NCBI RefSeq assembly: GCF_004010195.1
Contig: NC_057719.1
Span: 88,405,993 to 88,428,772, forward strand
Origin: Chiloscyllium plagiosum
Lineage: Eukaryota
DNA: 22,780 nucleotides
Reading direction: 5' to 3'
Shown here: positions 10,060-18,983 of the stretch, piece by piece
Layout: each line of letters begins with the position of its first letter
How positions within the stretch are numbered: the stretch's first letter is position 1
The notes under the pieces: generated by a model
What the model saw: the letters and a program-made list of their open reading frames with translations, nothing else
The model's database searches: none
Told to the model about the DNA's origin: nothing
Made by a program: the position numbers and the translations under genes

Positions 10060-10307
10060 TCGCTTCCAAGGTCTCCGTACAGCTAACAGCGTCCGCATTT
10101 CAAAAAAACACACACAGCAATGAGTTTTCAAACCAGAATTGCAAGACAAAAATGAGTTTGCAAACCATAATTATAAAGAAATTCGCTTCCAAGGTCTCCG
10201 TACAGCTAACAGCGTCCGCATTTCAAAAAAAACACACACAGCAATGAGTTTTCAAACCAGAATTGCAAGACAAAAATGAGTTTGCAAACCCATAATTATA
10301 AAGAAAT
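10060..10307. repeat. Head-to-tail tandem duplication with units of 123 bp (10060-10182) and 125 bp (10183-10307)
   Basis: Both copies read TCGCTTCCAAGGTCTCCGTACAGCTAACAGCGTCCGCATTTC(A)nCACACACAGCAATGAG...ATAATTATAAAGAAAT. The only differences I see are A7 vs A8 and CC vs CCC. Confidence 0.97.
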
Positions 10308-10710
10308 AAAAATGTGTTCAGAACAAGATTGAGAGATTCCCCTCTTCCTCCCAGTCTCTGTAATAAACCGCATACCCACCCACTAAAATCCGTAATTACA
10401 ATAAGCATTAGTTTTTTTAAATTGTTTTGAGGATCAAAGAGGAGTTAGTTCTGTTCTCAGTCCCTTGTTTGGGGGTGGGGTGGGAGAATAATTTTGGGAT
10501 TAGTGCCGGTTGAGGTAGCTCCTTTCTGCCTCAGTATTGCAGTCACTGTCTGTAAAAAGGATACATTGGTAGCCGCCTGACACTGCACCGACAGAGCTAA
10601 GTATAAGCAGTGAGCCTTTTCTCTCTCTCTCACTCACTCTCTCCCTCTCTCCATGCAGCCTGCTATCTGCCACGCTGCTCTCCTCATGGTTACGGTTGCT
10701 CCATACTTAC

Positions 10711-10753
10711 CGAAGTACACAGTCTTTTCGCATTTCGGGCACTTGGATGCCAT
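10711..10753 (-). CDS. CRIP2: First coding exon (43 nt, phase-1 intron follows) of cysteine-rich protein 2 (CRIP2-type LIM-only protein); no later exons recognised in the window
   Basis: The minus strand reads ATG GCA TCC AAG TGC CCG AAA TGC GAA AAG ACT GTG TAC TTC G|GTAAGTA = MASKCPKCEKTVYF plus 1 nt. This matches the vertebrate CRIP2 N-terminus MASKCPKCDKTVYFAEK (first CxxC of LIM1). Strong Kozak context (gacATGG) and a consensus donor at 10710. A close paralogue (crip2-like) cannot be excluded from 14 residues. Confidence 0.9.
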
Positions 10754-11000
10754 GTCCTTTGCTGTTCCTCGCTTCGCTTCTCTCTCTCTCTCTCTCGTGT
10801 GTGTCCTGTCTCTCACTGCACCGCTTTCACAGCTCTTTCCGCCACCCCATTCACTGGCTCCCGGCGCAACACCCTCACTGTGCTTGGCCACACACCCCAT
10901 GTCAATCAGTGGGACCTCCCCTCCCACTGAACGACTGGAGACCGAGAGGGGAAAAAAAAACAACGGTCCATGTTGGAACGTTTTTAACAGAAGAAGCGAA
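10754..11000 (-). promoter_or_regulatory. Probable 5' UTR and TATA-less proximal promoter of CRIP2
   Basis: Locally GC/CpG-richer, repeat-free DNA directly upstream of the ATG. It contains a (GA)n/(CA)n tract at ~10779-10804, a GC-box-like CCGCCACCCC (~10839-10848), a CACCC box (~10891-10898) and TGATTGACAT on the minus strand (10899-10908). The TSS cannot be determined from sequence. Confidence 0.55.
10779..10804. repeat. (TC)n(GT)n compound microsatellite in the CRIP2 5' UTR region
   Basis: TCTCTCTCTCTCTCTCTCGTGTGTGT; a further CT-rich tract lies at ~10620-10651 in intron 1. Confidence 0.85.
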
Positions 11001-11009
11001 CGCAACCTG

Positions 11010-11230
11010 AGATTTTATTATCCACACAGCAGGTAGTTCGGGTGTGGAATGCACTGCCTGATATCTGACGGAGGCAGGTTCATTTGAGGCGTTCAAGAGG
11101 GAATTCGATAAAAACGGAGTGCAGATGTATGGGGTAAAGGCAAGGAATTGTTACAAAGTCAGAACACTGAGAGAAGCGGTGCAGAGACGATGGGCTGAAA
11201 GGCCGCCTTTCTCACTAACATTTCTGGGGA
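11010..11230 (+). mobile_element. Decayed CR1 3' end directly upstream of the CRIP2 promoter
   Basis: GTGTGGAATGCACTGCCTG...GGCAGGTTCATTTGAGGCGTTCAAGAGGGAATT...GCGGTGCAGAGACGATGGGCTGAAAGGCC; similar to 5590-5790. Confidence 0.75.
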
Positions 11231-11237
11231 TCACTGA

Positions 11238-11322
11238 ACCCGAAAGGTTAACTCTGCTTTCTCTCCGTAGATGCTGTCAGACCTGCTGATTTCCTTCCCC
11301 CTCCCAAGTAATTTCTGTGTCC
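11238..11322 (+). mobile_element. Terminal-repeat remnant of a second Penelope-like family
   Basis: CCCGAAAGGTTAACTCTGCTTTCTCTCCGTAGATGCTGTCAGACCTGCTGA...AATTTCTG; a reverse-complement relative lies at ~20968-21048, and it shares the GATGCTG..AGACCTGCTG core with the first family. Confidence 0.6.
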
Positions 11323-11451
11323 CTGTGACAGCCTCCTGCAACAAAACAGCAGCTTTCACCCTCTTCATCAATTACCCACTACTGTTCTGGCATTTTTTAC
11401 CCCACTTTCTTTACAATCCCCCCAGCCCCCAGGCAAACTAAAACTAAAAAT

Positions 11452-11605
11452 AACAACTTGCGTTTCTCTAACGCTTGTCCCAAGCTTGAGTGAACTGCTT
11501 TACGGGGCAATGAAACATCTTTGAAGTGTTTGAATGTAGCAAAGAAGCACAATTAAGCTCTCAGAGTGACCCTCTGCTTTATTCGAGCAAATATTGATCA
11601 GGACT
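11452..11605 (-). mobile_element. Decayed SINE, possibly DeuSINE/SacSINE1-like
   Basis: AACTTGCGTTT...GCTTTACGGGGCAATGAAACATCTTTGAAGTGT...AATGTAG...AAATATTGATCAGGAC resembles the reverse complement of the Deu-domain and tail as recalled. Confidence 0.35.
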
Positions 11606-11779
11606 CTTTTTTTGAATGACTGTGCATGAATATTTACTTCCATTTAATTAACTCCCTTTCATCAAACGAGAACATTAGTTATAGAGGGTGGAATTTAAAA
11701 AGCTCAGTTAAATGTCCATAGTAGGCCATTCAGCCCATCGCATTGCTCTGCCATTCAAAGCTACTGTGACAATCTTGAA

Positions 11780-12502
11780 CAAAAAATAGGACCTTGGGCT
11801 GTGCTGTCGAAAAGAGACACTCAGGGTTCAGATACATGATTCTATGAAGTTTGCATCACGTGTACATAGGGTGTTTAAGAAGGCATTCAGTATGCTTGCC
11901 TTCATTGCTCAGACCTTTGAGTATAGGAATTGGAACAACATGTTGAGATTGTACAGGGCACTGGGGAGGTCTCTTCTGAAGTACTGTGTGCACTTCTGGT
12001 CACCATGTTATGGGAAGGATATTATTGAACTGGATAGGGATTCGAAAGATTTACCAGAATGTTGCTGGGAATGAAGAGTTTGAGAGGCTGGATAGGATGG
12101 GTCTTTTTTCATTGGAGGATAGGAGGTTGAAGAGTGACCTTATAGAGGTTTATAAAACCATGAGGGGGATAGATAAGGTATCGTTTCCCTAGGATGGGGA
12201 AGTTTAAAACTAGGGAGCATATTTTTATTTTCCCTAGAGAGGTGAAAGATTTAAAGCAGACTTGAGGGGCAATGTTTTCACACAGAAGTTGGTTTGTATG
12301 TGGAATTAACTGTCAGAGGAAGTGGCAGATGCAGGTACAGTTACAATATTGAAAAGACATTTGGACAGGTACAGGCAGAGGAAAGGTTTACAGGGACATG
12401 GGCCAAATGCAAGTAAGTGGGACTAGTTCAGTTTAGGAAACTTGGTCAGAATGGATGAGTTGGTCTGAAGAGTCTGTTTCCATGCTGTATGACACTCTAA
12501 CT
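11780..12502 (+). mobile_element. CR1 LINE 3' ~0.7 kb (ORF2 C-terminus and 3' UTR), frameshifted
   Basis: ORFs 11844-12074 (KKAFSMLAFIAQTFEYRNWNNMLRLYRALGRSLLKYCVHFWSPCYGKDI) and 11986-12192 (ERLDRMGLFSLEDRRLKSDLIEVYKTMRGIDKV); tail GTCTGTTTCCATGCTGTATGACACTCTAACT. Confidence 0.92.
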
Positions 12503-12514
12503 CCACCTATCCAA

Positions 12515-12768
12515 ATGATGATTATTGTCTCTTATTGGAAATAGTCATTGCTTGGCATTTCTGTGGTGCTAATGTGGCACCTATCAGCCCAAGCCTGGAT
12601 ATTGTCCAGATCCTGTTACATTTGAACATGGGCTGCATCAATCTATGAGGTATCAAAAATGGTACTGAGCATTGTGTAATCATCATCGCACATTTCCACT
12701 TTTGACCTTATGATAGCTGGAAAAGTCATTGATGAAGCAGTTGAAGATGATTGGGCCTAGGATATTAC
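12515..12768 (-). mobile_element. Reverse-transcriptase core fragment of a CR1-clade LINE, degenerate
   Basis: The minus strand gives ILGPIIFNCFIND, then after a frameshift IIRSKVEMCDDDYTMLST...QDLDNIQAWAD, i.e. decayed (QGSV)LGP..F...IND and FADD motifs. Confidence 0.8.
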
Positions 12769-12770
12769 AA

Positions 12771-14026
12771 GAAAGTGAGGATTGCATATTCTGGAGATCA
12801 GAGTCAAAACGTGGGACACTGGAAAAGCACAGCAGATCAGGCAGCTTCCAAGGAGCAGGAGAGTCGATGTTTCAGGCATAAACTCTTCATCATGAATGTG
12901 GTGGGGGTCCTGTGGTGGGATGGGGGTGGGGGGAGGAGGCTGAGAGATAAATAGGGGTACGGGTGGGGCTGAGGGGAGGGTAGCTTGGAAGATGATACGT
13001 AGATGCAGGTGGTGGGTGATGGTGATGGGTCGCAGCACAGGTTAGGATGATGGTGATGGTGATAGGTCAGAGGGAAGGGTGATCCCCCCATCCCGGTCCT
13101 CATCTTTGACCCCACCAATCTTGGATACAACGCCATTTCCACCATCTACAATCAGACCCCACCACCAGGAAGATATTTCCCTCCCTACCCCTATCAGTAT
13201 TCTGCAGAGACCATTCCCTCTGTGACTCCTTCGTTAGGCCCACCCACCTCCAGTCCCAGCAACTTCCCCTGCCACTGCAACAGGTGTAAAACCTGCGTCC
13301 ACTACTCCCCCCTCACCTGCATCCAAGGCCCCAAAGGATCATTCCACATCCGACAGAGATTTTCCTGCACATCCAAACACCTCATCTACTATGTCCATAG
13401 CTCTCAATGTGGTCTCCTCTACATTGGGAAAACAGGACACCAACTCGCAGAACGTTTCAGAGAACATCTCTGGTATACACGCACCAAACAATCCTATCAC
13501 CCTGTGGCTGAACATTTAGACTCCCCCCCTCCCACTCCCCCAAGGACATGCAAGTCCTGGGCATCCACCACCGCCAAGCCCTAGCCACCCAATGCCTGGA
13601 GAAAAAACGCCTCACCTTCCACCTTGGGACCCTCCAACCACACAGCATCAATGTTGATTTCACCAGTTTCCTCATCTCCCCTTCCCCCACCGCATCCCAG
13701 ATCCAACTCAGCACTGCCCTCTTGAACTGTCCTACCTATCCATCTTCCTTCCCACCTATCCGCTTCACCCTCCTCTCTGACCTATCACCATCACCCTTCA
13801 TCTACCTTCATCTACCTATCAACTTCCAAGCTACCCCTTCCAGCCCCAAACCCTTCCCCCTCATATTATTCTCTCAGCATATCCCTCTCCCCCCAACATT
13901 CCTGAAGAAGGACTTATGCCCGAAACGTCGACCCCTCCTGCTCGTCAAATGCTGCCTGACCTGCTGTGCTTTTCCAGCACCACACTTTTCGACTCTGATC
14001 TCCTGCATCTACAGTCCTCGTATTCT
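12771..14026 (+). mobile_element. Penelope-like retroelement, 5'-truncated: inverted terminal repeat (12771-~13081), GIY-YIG endonuclease region and 3' terminal repeat
   Basis: ORF 13222-13584 has FPCHCNRCKTC...FHIRQRFSCTSKHLIYYVHSSQCGLLYIGKTGHQLAERFREHL...PVAEH, and a shifted frame (13548-) has CLEKKRLTFHLGTLQPHSINVDF. Together these are the Cys-rich linker and GIY-YIG domain of Penelope-like elements. 12771-13081 is a diverged reverse complement of ~13765-14026. Confidence 0.9.
13902..13929 (+). ncRNA. Minimal hammerhead-ribozyme motif in the Penelope terminal repeat
   Basis: CUGAAGA-A-GGAC-UUAU-GCCC-GAAA-C-GUC: CUGANGA and GAAA core boxes, stem II with one mismatch, palindromic ACGU in place of stem III, and a GUC cleavage triplet. 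Stem I is weak. Confidence 0.65.
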
Positions 14027-14027
14027 A

Positions 14028-14680
14028 CTTACCACAGATGTTAGACTTACTGGTCTGTAATTCCCAGGTTTTTCTTTGCATCCCTTCTTGAATAATGGCA
14101 CCACATTCGCGACTCTCCAGTCTTTCGGTGGCTATCGATGATGCAAAAATATCAGCCAGGTCCTCCACAATTCCTTCTATAGCCCCTTGATATATATGGT
14201 CAGGACCAGGAGATTTATCCAACTTTGTACATTCTAATACATCCAACACTGCCTCCAAGATATGACCACTAACTTCTCCAAGTTACCAAGACTTCATGTC
14301 TACCTCCACAGTGAACACAGAGGAGAAATATTCATTGAGGACCTCACCCGTCTCCTGTGGTTCTCCACATAGATATCCATTGTGGTCCTTGAGGGGTTCT
14401 ATTCTGTCTGTATAGTTATTCATTTTCCTTTAATATACTTTAAGAATCTCTTTGGATTCACCCTAATCTTCTCAGCCAAAGCTATCTCGTCCCCCCTTTT
14501 AGCCCTCCTGATTTCCTTCTTCTGTAAACTCCTGTATTCACTATACACCTCCAGAGATTCCCTTGATCCCAGCTGCCTGTACCTGAGCCATTCCTCCTTT
14601 TTTCTGGTCAAAGCCTCAATATCTCTTATCATCCAGTATTTCCTATTCCTGTCCATCTTGCTTTTCAAGCTCACAGTCTT
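14028..14680 (-). mobile_element. CR1 ORF2 internal fragment (linker to start of RT), degenerate
   Basis: KKEIRRAKRGDEIALAEKIRVNPKRFLKYIKGK, KLDKSPGPDHIY...LADIFASSIAT, and in an adjacent frame DWRVANVVPLFKKGCKEKPGNYRPVSLTSVVS. Confidence 0.9.
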
Positions 14681-14681
14681 T

Positions 14682-14960
14682 TTAAAATCTTTCTCCTCTC
14701 ACCTTAAAAACATGCACCCTGGTCTTGAAATCTCCAATCCTACCATTCACCTTATCTATATTCCTCATGATCTTATAAGCCTCTATAAGATTACCCCTCA
14801 ACCTCCTGCGCTCCAGTGAAAAAAGTCCCGGCCTTTCCAGCCTCTCCTTATAACCTGAACCGTCCATTCCCAGCAACATCCTGGTAAATCTCATCTGAAC
14901 AGGGTGACCAGACTGGACACAGCACCTCAGGACAGACCTCACCAATGTCATGTATAACCT
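14682..14960 (-). mobile_element. CR1 ORF2 C-terminal fragment
   Basis: ORF 14682-14951: TLVRSVLRCCVQ...YKERLERPGLFSLERRRLRGNLIEAYKIMRNIDKVN...KTRVHVFKVRGERF. Confidence 0.9.
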
Positions 14961-17712
14961 CTTGTATGAGGACTCCTTATATCCTCTTCGTGATTATCCT
15001 CCTTTTATATTGAGTTGGTCTCTCCACAATTGAAATCCCCTCGACATCCCAACATTCAATTGCCAGTCTCCCTCCCCCAACACTTACCTCTGATACCTCC
15101 CCCTCCTCACCCCCTCAACTCATAATGGATGGCCCTCCACGATTAAGAGTGATCCATCCCTTCGGATAATTAGGTAGAAAATTCCGAACAATGAGTGAAC
15201 GATCAGACCCCTGACTGATATCCGTACAATGCCACCTACCCACAACCTCTCCTGCCACCCCGACCTATCTCATAAGTCCCTGGATCCACAGGCCTGACCG
15301 TGACCCTGTCCTCAGACTGTAAAAGTACGGACCTCCTGACTGTAAGCACCCTGAGTGGCCAACTAACTGTGTACAAGCACCTAGACTGAAATCAGAGGTT
15401 AGTAGACTCCATGTGCCATGTCTGGAGGGTGTCTCCCTGGATCTGACTGAAAATGGCTCCCCTCAGACATTGAATAGGGTGGCCATCTGGTTGAAACCTG
15501 TGCCGTGTCTTTGATGTGGACACAGCTGGCACATGGTGCACTGATGTAGCATGGTGCCCTCAGCCATTATGACCACCCACTTGGATAGAATGCTACTGGC
15601 AACCATAACAAGCGGGGAAAAGGCAGGGCAAGATGAACTACTGTGAACCTATTAGCTCATGCTGAGAGGGCAAAGGGTAATAAGGCAGGGAAGTGGTGAG
15701 CAAAGCAGGCACAAAGTGAATGAGCACCTTGAGAGAGAGTGAGGATCTCTGAGATGTCCTAGTCCAATCCATCAGAGTACAATTGTGGGTAAATTACCAC
15801 AAACTACCTTAATTCGGGCTACTTATTAAAAAATCTCCCAGACAATCAAGTACTGAAGCAATCATCGAAACTTTATTGCTTGTAGCAACCAAAACAAAAC
15901 CCCTCAAGTGGGCAAGTTTAGCCTTTCAACTCAACTTGCCTATTACCCGAATAATAATGGAAATTAGCTATGATTGCAATGAACAGTGTCTGCCTCTGGA
16001 AGTGTCAATCTTTGTGCAGTGTTGTTCTTCAAAGTTTTGCTGCTGAATTCTTAAACAATATTCCATCCTTCAAGTTCGTGGTGTGACATTATTTATGATT
16101 CTTTAGATTCTTTCATTCACAATATTGACTACTGGTCTGAAAGCATCAAGTCTGCAGCTTGCATTCTTATCAGAAGTAGCTTCCCTTTCCTTTCTTACTT
16201 TTGACAGTGACTGTCAGTTTAAAGACACATCTTCTCTGCAATTAACTCCTTAAATTCTTCTGCAGGATAGTCAGTTGTCCTTGTGGCATAACGCAGCCAT
16301 TTATCAAGCAATTGTTAAAATAGTTTTGTTTATATAGCCTCAACTCCTTCTTCAACCCAGACATTGCTAATTGCTTTCAATTACAGCTTGTCCTTGTCCC
16401 TTAACAGTTCATTCCAGAATGAGATATTGCTGCCTCTTTCAATCTGTGAACAGTTATTAAAGTTCTGAAGTTTACACTATCATGGTGCCATGCCGCGTGC
16501 ACACACCTCCCCCCCCACCCCGCGCTCACTAAGTGTCATGGTAGCAGCATTCAAATGGATGTACTAAAGTGCAGAACCTCGCTGGAAATTGGTGGGAGAT
16601 GAGCTATGGTGCTGTGATGGGGTCTGGTACATGTCCAATGCCAACATGTGAGACGTACATGCAGCCAGTTCCCAATGCAGTGTTGCTGAGGTTAAGAGGA
16701 GCAAGCAATGAGCTGGAGTCATTGCTCTGACTTTCCTGTCAGGAATTCTCAATGTCCATATTCTATCTGGCTGGTGGGAGAATAGGAGAGATTAGGTAAC
16801 AATGGGACTGTTAGTGAGTAATCACCTGTGGGGAAAAAGCCTCTCGCTGCCCCCTGGAATTCCCATCCAATTTTCCCAAATTTCTCGCCATTACCTACAT
16901 CGTTCAGGAGCTGGGAGATGATTTCCAGCCCATACGTTCACACCTCTGGAATGGGAGATGAATCGCCAAAATTATCCTCCAGGGTGATAAAGCAATCATA
17001 GAGAAGCAAAACCATTCAGGCTCCTGGACAATTACTGTAACTTGCTTCACTTACCACTGGTCAGTATCAACTGTTTACTTTATGGAGGAACAGGTCCTCT
17101 CCCTAATCTCCACCCATCCCGAAAAATGCATTGTTTGTGGTGTTAGATATTGCTACCAGTCTATACCCTGCTTCTCAATTGATATCAGTCCAAATCTTAA
17201 CTGAGTGGGGTAACAGGCTTGAGCAACTTAATGATCTCTTGTTGACCTTTGCTGTATGATCTGGACTATCTGCATTCACCACCCTCACTAGATGTATCTT
17301 CAGGTATTGTATTTTTCTCCCGAATGGCCTCTGTTAGTCTACCCCTGTGCCCACCATGCTATAACCCTTCACTAGAAAGACTCACTCTGTGTCAATCTCT
17401 GTTTCAGCCATCCCCATCCTGCTCCGAATCTGCTCTGGCAGACTGGTATCCTGTGCATTTTTGATCTCCTTTCCTCAATAAACTTTCAATGGCAGAAAAT
17501 CAATTCTGACTCTTGTAAAGTTAAAGATTTCTCCACCCCCATCATCTCACTCAGAGATGTCGATGCTGGTAGTAAATATAGACCATCACATTTTAACTTC
17601 CATTAGCCGATTGTTACACTGAGACCTTGCATAGACCAAAATGTGTTTTAAGAAGGAATAAACATTGACCTAAAATTGCCTCAGTGGTCAGCAGTCCACA
17701 AAGGGCTTGGGA

Positions 17713-17759
17713 GAACCATGTACAATAAACAAAGGCATGAACCATGTACAATAAACAAA
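17713..17759. repeat. Short direct repeat, 21 bp x2 with period 26
   Basis: GAACCATGTACAATAAACAAA occurs at 17713-17733 and 17739-17759. Confidence 0.9.
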
Positions 17760-17977
17760 CACTGGAATCACAACTTTCGTCAAAAGGCATTGAACCAGGC
17801 AACTGAGTCAGCGTCAAGAAATTGACATCTCCTAATTGTTTGATAATTTCACATATGTGGTAGCTAGCTAGCTTGGAAAGACAATGGAGCTCAACTCCAA
17901 AATATATACTAAACTATATTTCAAGTGCTTTTGAGCAGTAGAGCAGAGAAAAGGAGAAGAACTGGGACAATCTCTTT

Positions 17978-18482
17978 TATGTAGACAGGCCAACAAGAGG
18001 TGAGGCCATACTGGATTTGGTTCTGGGTAACGAACCAGGCCAGGTGTTAGAATTAGAGGTAGGTGAGCACTTTGGGGATAGTGACCATAATTCGGTGATT
18101 TTTACACTCGTGATGGAGAGGGATAAGTGTGTACTACAGGGCAAGAATTATAGCTGGGGTAAGGGAAATTATGATGCGGTGAGGCATGACTTAGGATGTG
18201 TGGCTTGGAAAAGTAGACTCCAAGGCAAGAGTGTAAATGATATGTGGAACTTGTTCAAGGGGCAACTATTGAGTGTCCTTGATAATTATGTACCTGTCAG
18301 GCAGGAAGGAAAGGGTCGTGCGAGGGAGCCGTGGTTTAATAAGGAATTGGAATCCCTTGTTAAATGGAAGAGGGCGGCCTATCTCAAGATGAGACGTGAA
18401 GGTTCAATTGGGGCGATTGAGAGTTATAGGGTAGCCAGGAAGGACCTGAAGAGAGAGCTAAAAGCAGAAAGGAGGGGTTATG
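17978..18482 (+). mobile_element. CR1 ORF2 internal fragment (end of the APE endonuclease domain and linker), open reading frame
   Basis: YVDRPTRGEAILDLVLGNEPGQVLELEVGEHFGDSDHNSVIF...WGKGNYDAVR..L....W...PWFNKEL...KRELKAERRGY, containing the LDL and SDH motifs of APE-like endonucleases; no stops over ~168 codons. Confidence 0.93.
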
Positions 18483-18983
18483 ATCCTCAGTGGGTCAGAG
18501 TGTTGCTTCTCAATCCCTTTTCTCCAGATGCTTCCATTGGTTTGCAAGAAGAATGAGGAGGCTGGTCACTTGTAAAAGGTCTCTGACATCATCAGTTAAA
18601 TGTCACGGCTTACAGGAGTGGCTATCAGAAAGTTGGATAGGTTGACTTGAGGTTGAAGATAGATGATCATGGTAGTGAACAGAAAGACAGTTCCTGTATT
18701 GATGGAGGTCAAGTCACTTTTCTCTATTACTCCCAGCCTCAAGCTGTTCAGTTACTGGACATCCAGGCTGGCTAGCAGGACAGGTTTTTTTAAAAGAGAT
18801 TCTAAATCCTTTTTTTTCCCTGTTTCCCACAGTACGTCTGAACAGCCACAATGCTTAGTTCCCCACTGCACCTGTGTTGTGCGTGCATGTCGGTTCAGGG
18901 ACTCAGTGAGGATACTACGTGCGAAAGGGTTTATTCATCAATAAGTGATCACCAGTCAGTAGACCAATCAGTTTTTGTAGTCG

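Noticed and set aside
9802..10247. Overlapping ORFs of 74-123 aa near the duplication
   Set aside because: They have no recognisable domains, and the repeated peptide (ASKVSVQLTASAFQK) is simply the DNA duplication translated.
10060..10307. CRISPR-like array suggested by four copies of AATGAGTTT(T/G)CAAACC
   Set aside because: The intervening sequences are themselves duplicated rather than unique spacers, the spacing is irregular, there are no cas genes, and the context is a vertebrate intron.
10634..11005. 123-aa ORF as a complete single-exon gene
   Set aside because: Only 14 codons match CRIP2, and the similarity ends exactly at a consensus GTAAGT donor. The rest is intron read-through and UTR or promoter sequence.
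13222..14060. Functional stand-alone GIY-YIG nuclease gene
   Set aside because: It is frameshifted, lacks the RT domain, has substitutions at usually conserved positions and sits between terminal repeats, so it is a dead Penelope-like copy.
16202..16216. Inverted TGACAGT-G-ACTGTCA (paired MEIS/TGIF-like sites)
   Set aside because: Arms of 7 bp are within chance expectation.
18017..18556. 179-aa host protein
   Set aside because: It is CR1 ORF2 sequence starting at a TTG inside the endonuclease domain, and the last ~25 residues are read-through into flanking DNA.
18560..18980. Possible exon of a neighbouring gene such as MTA1
   Set aside because: I recognised no peptide in the frames examined and found no convincing splice-site pair.
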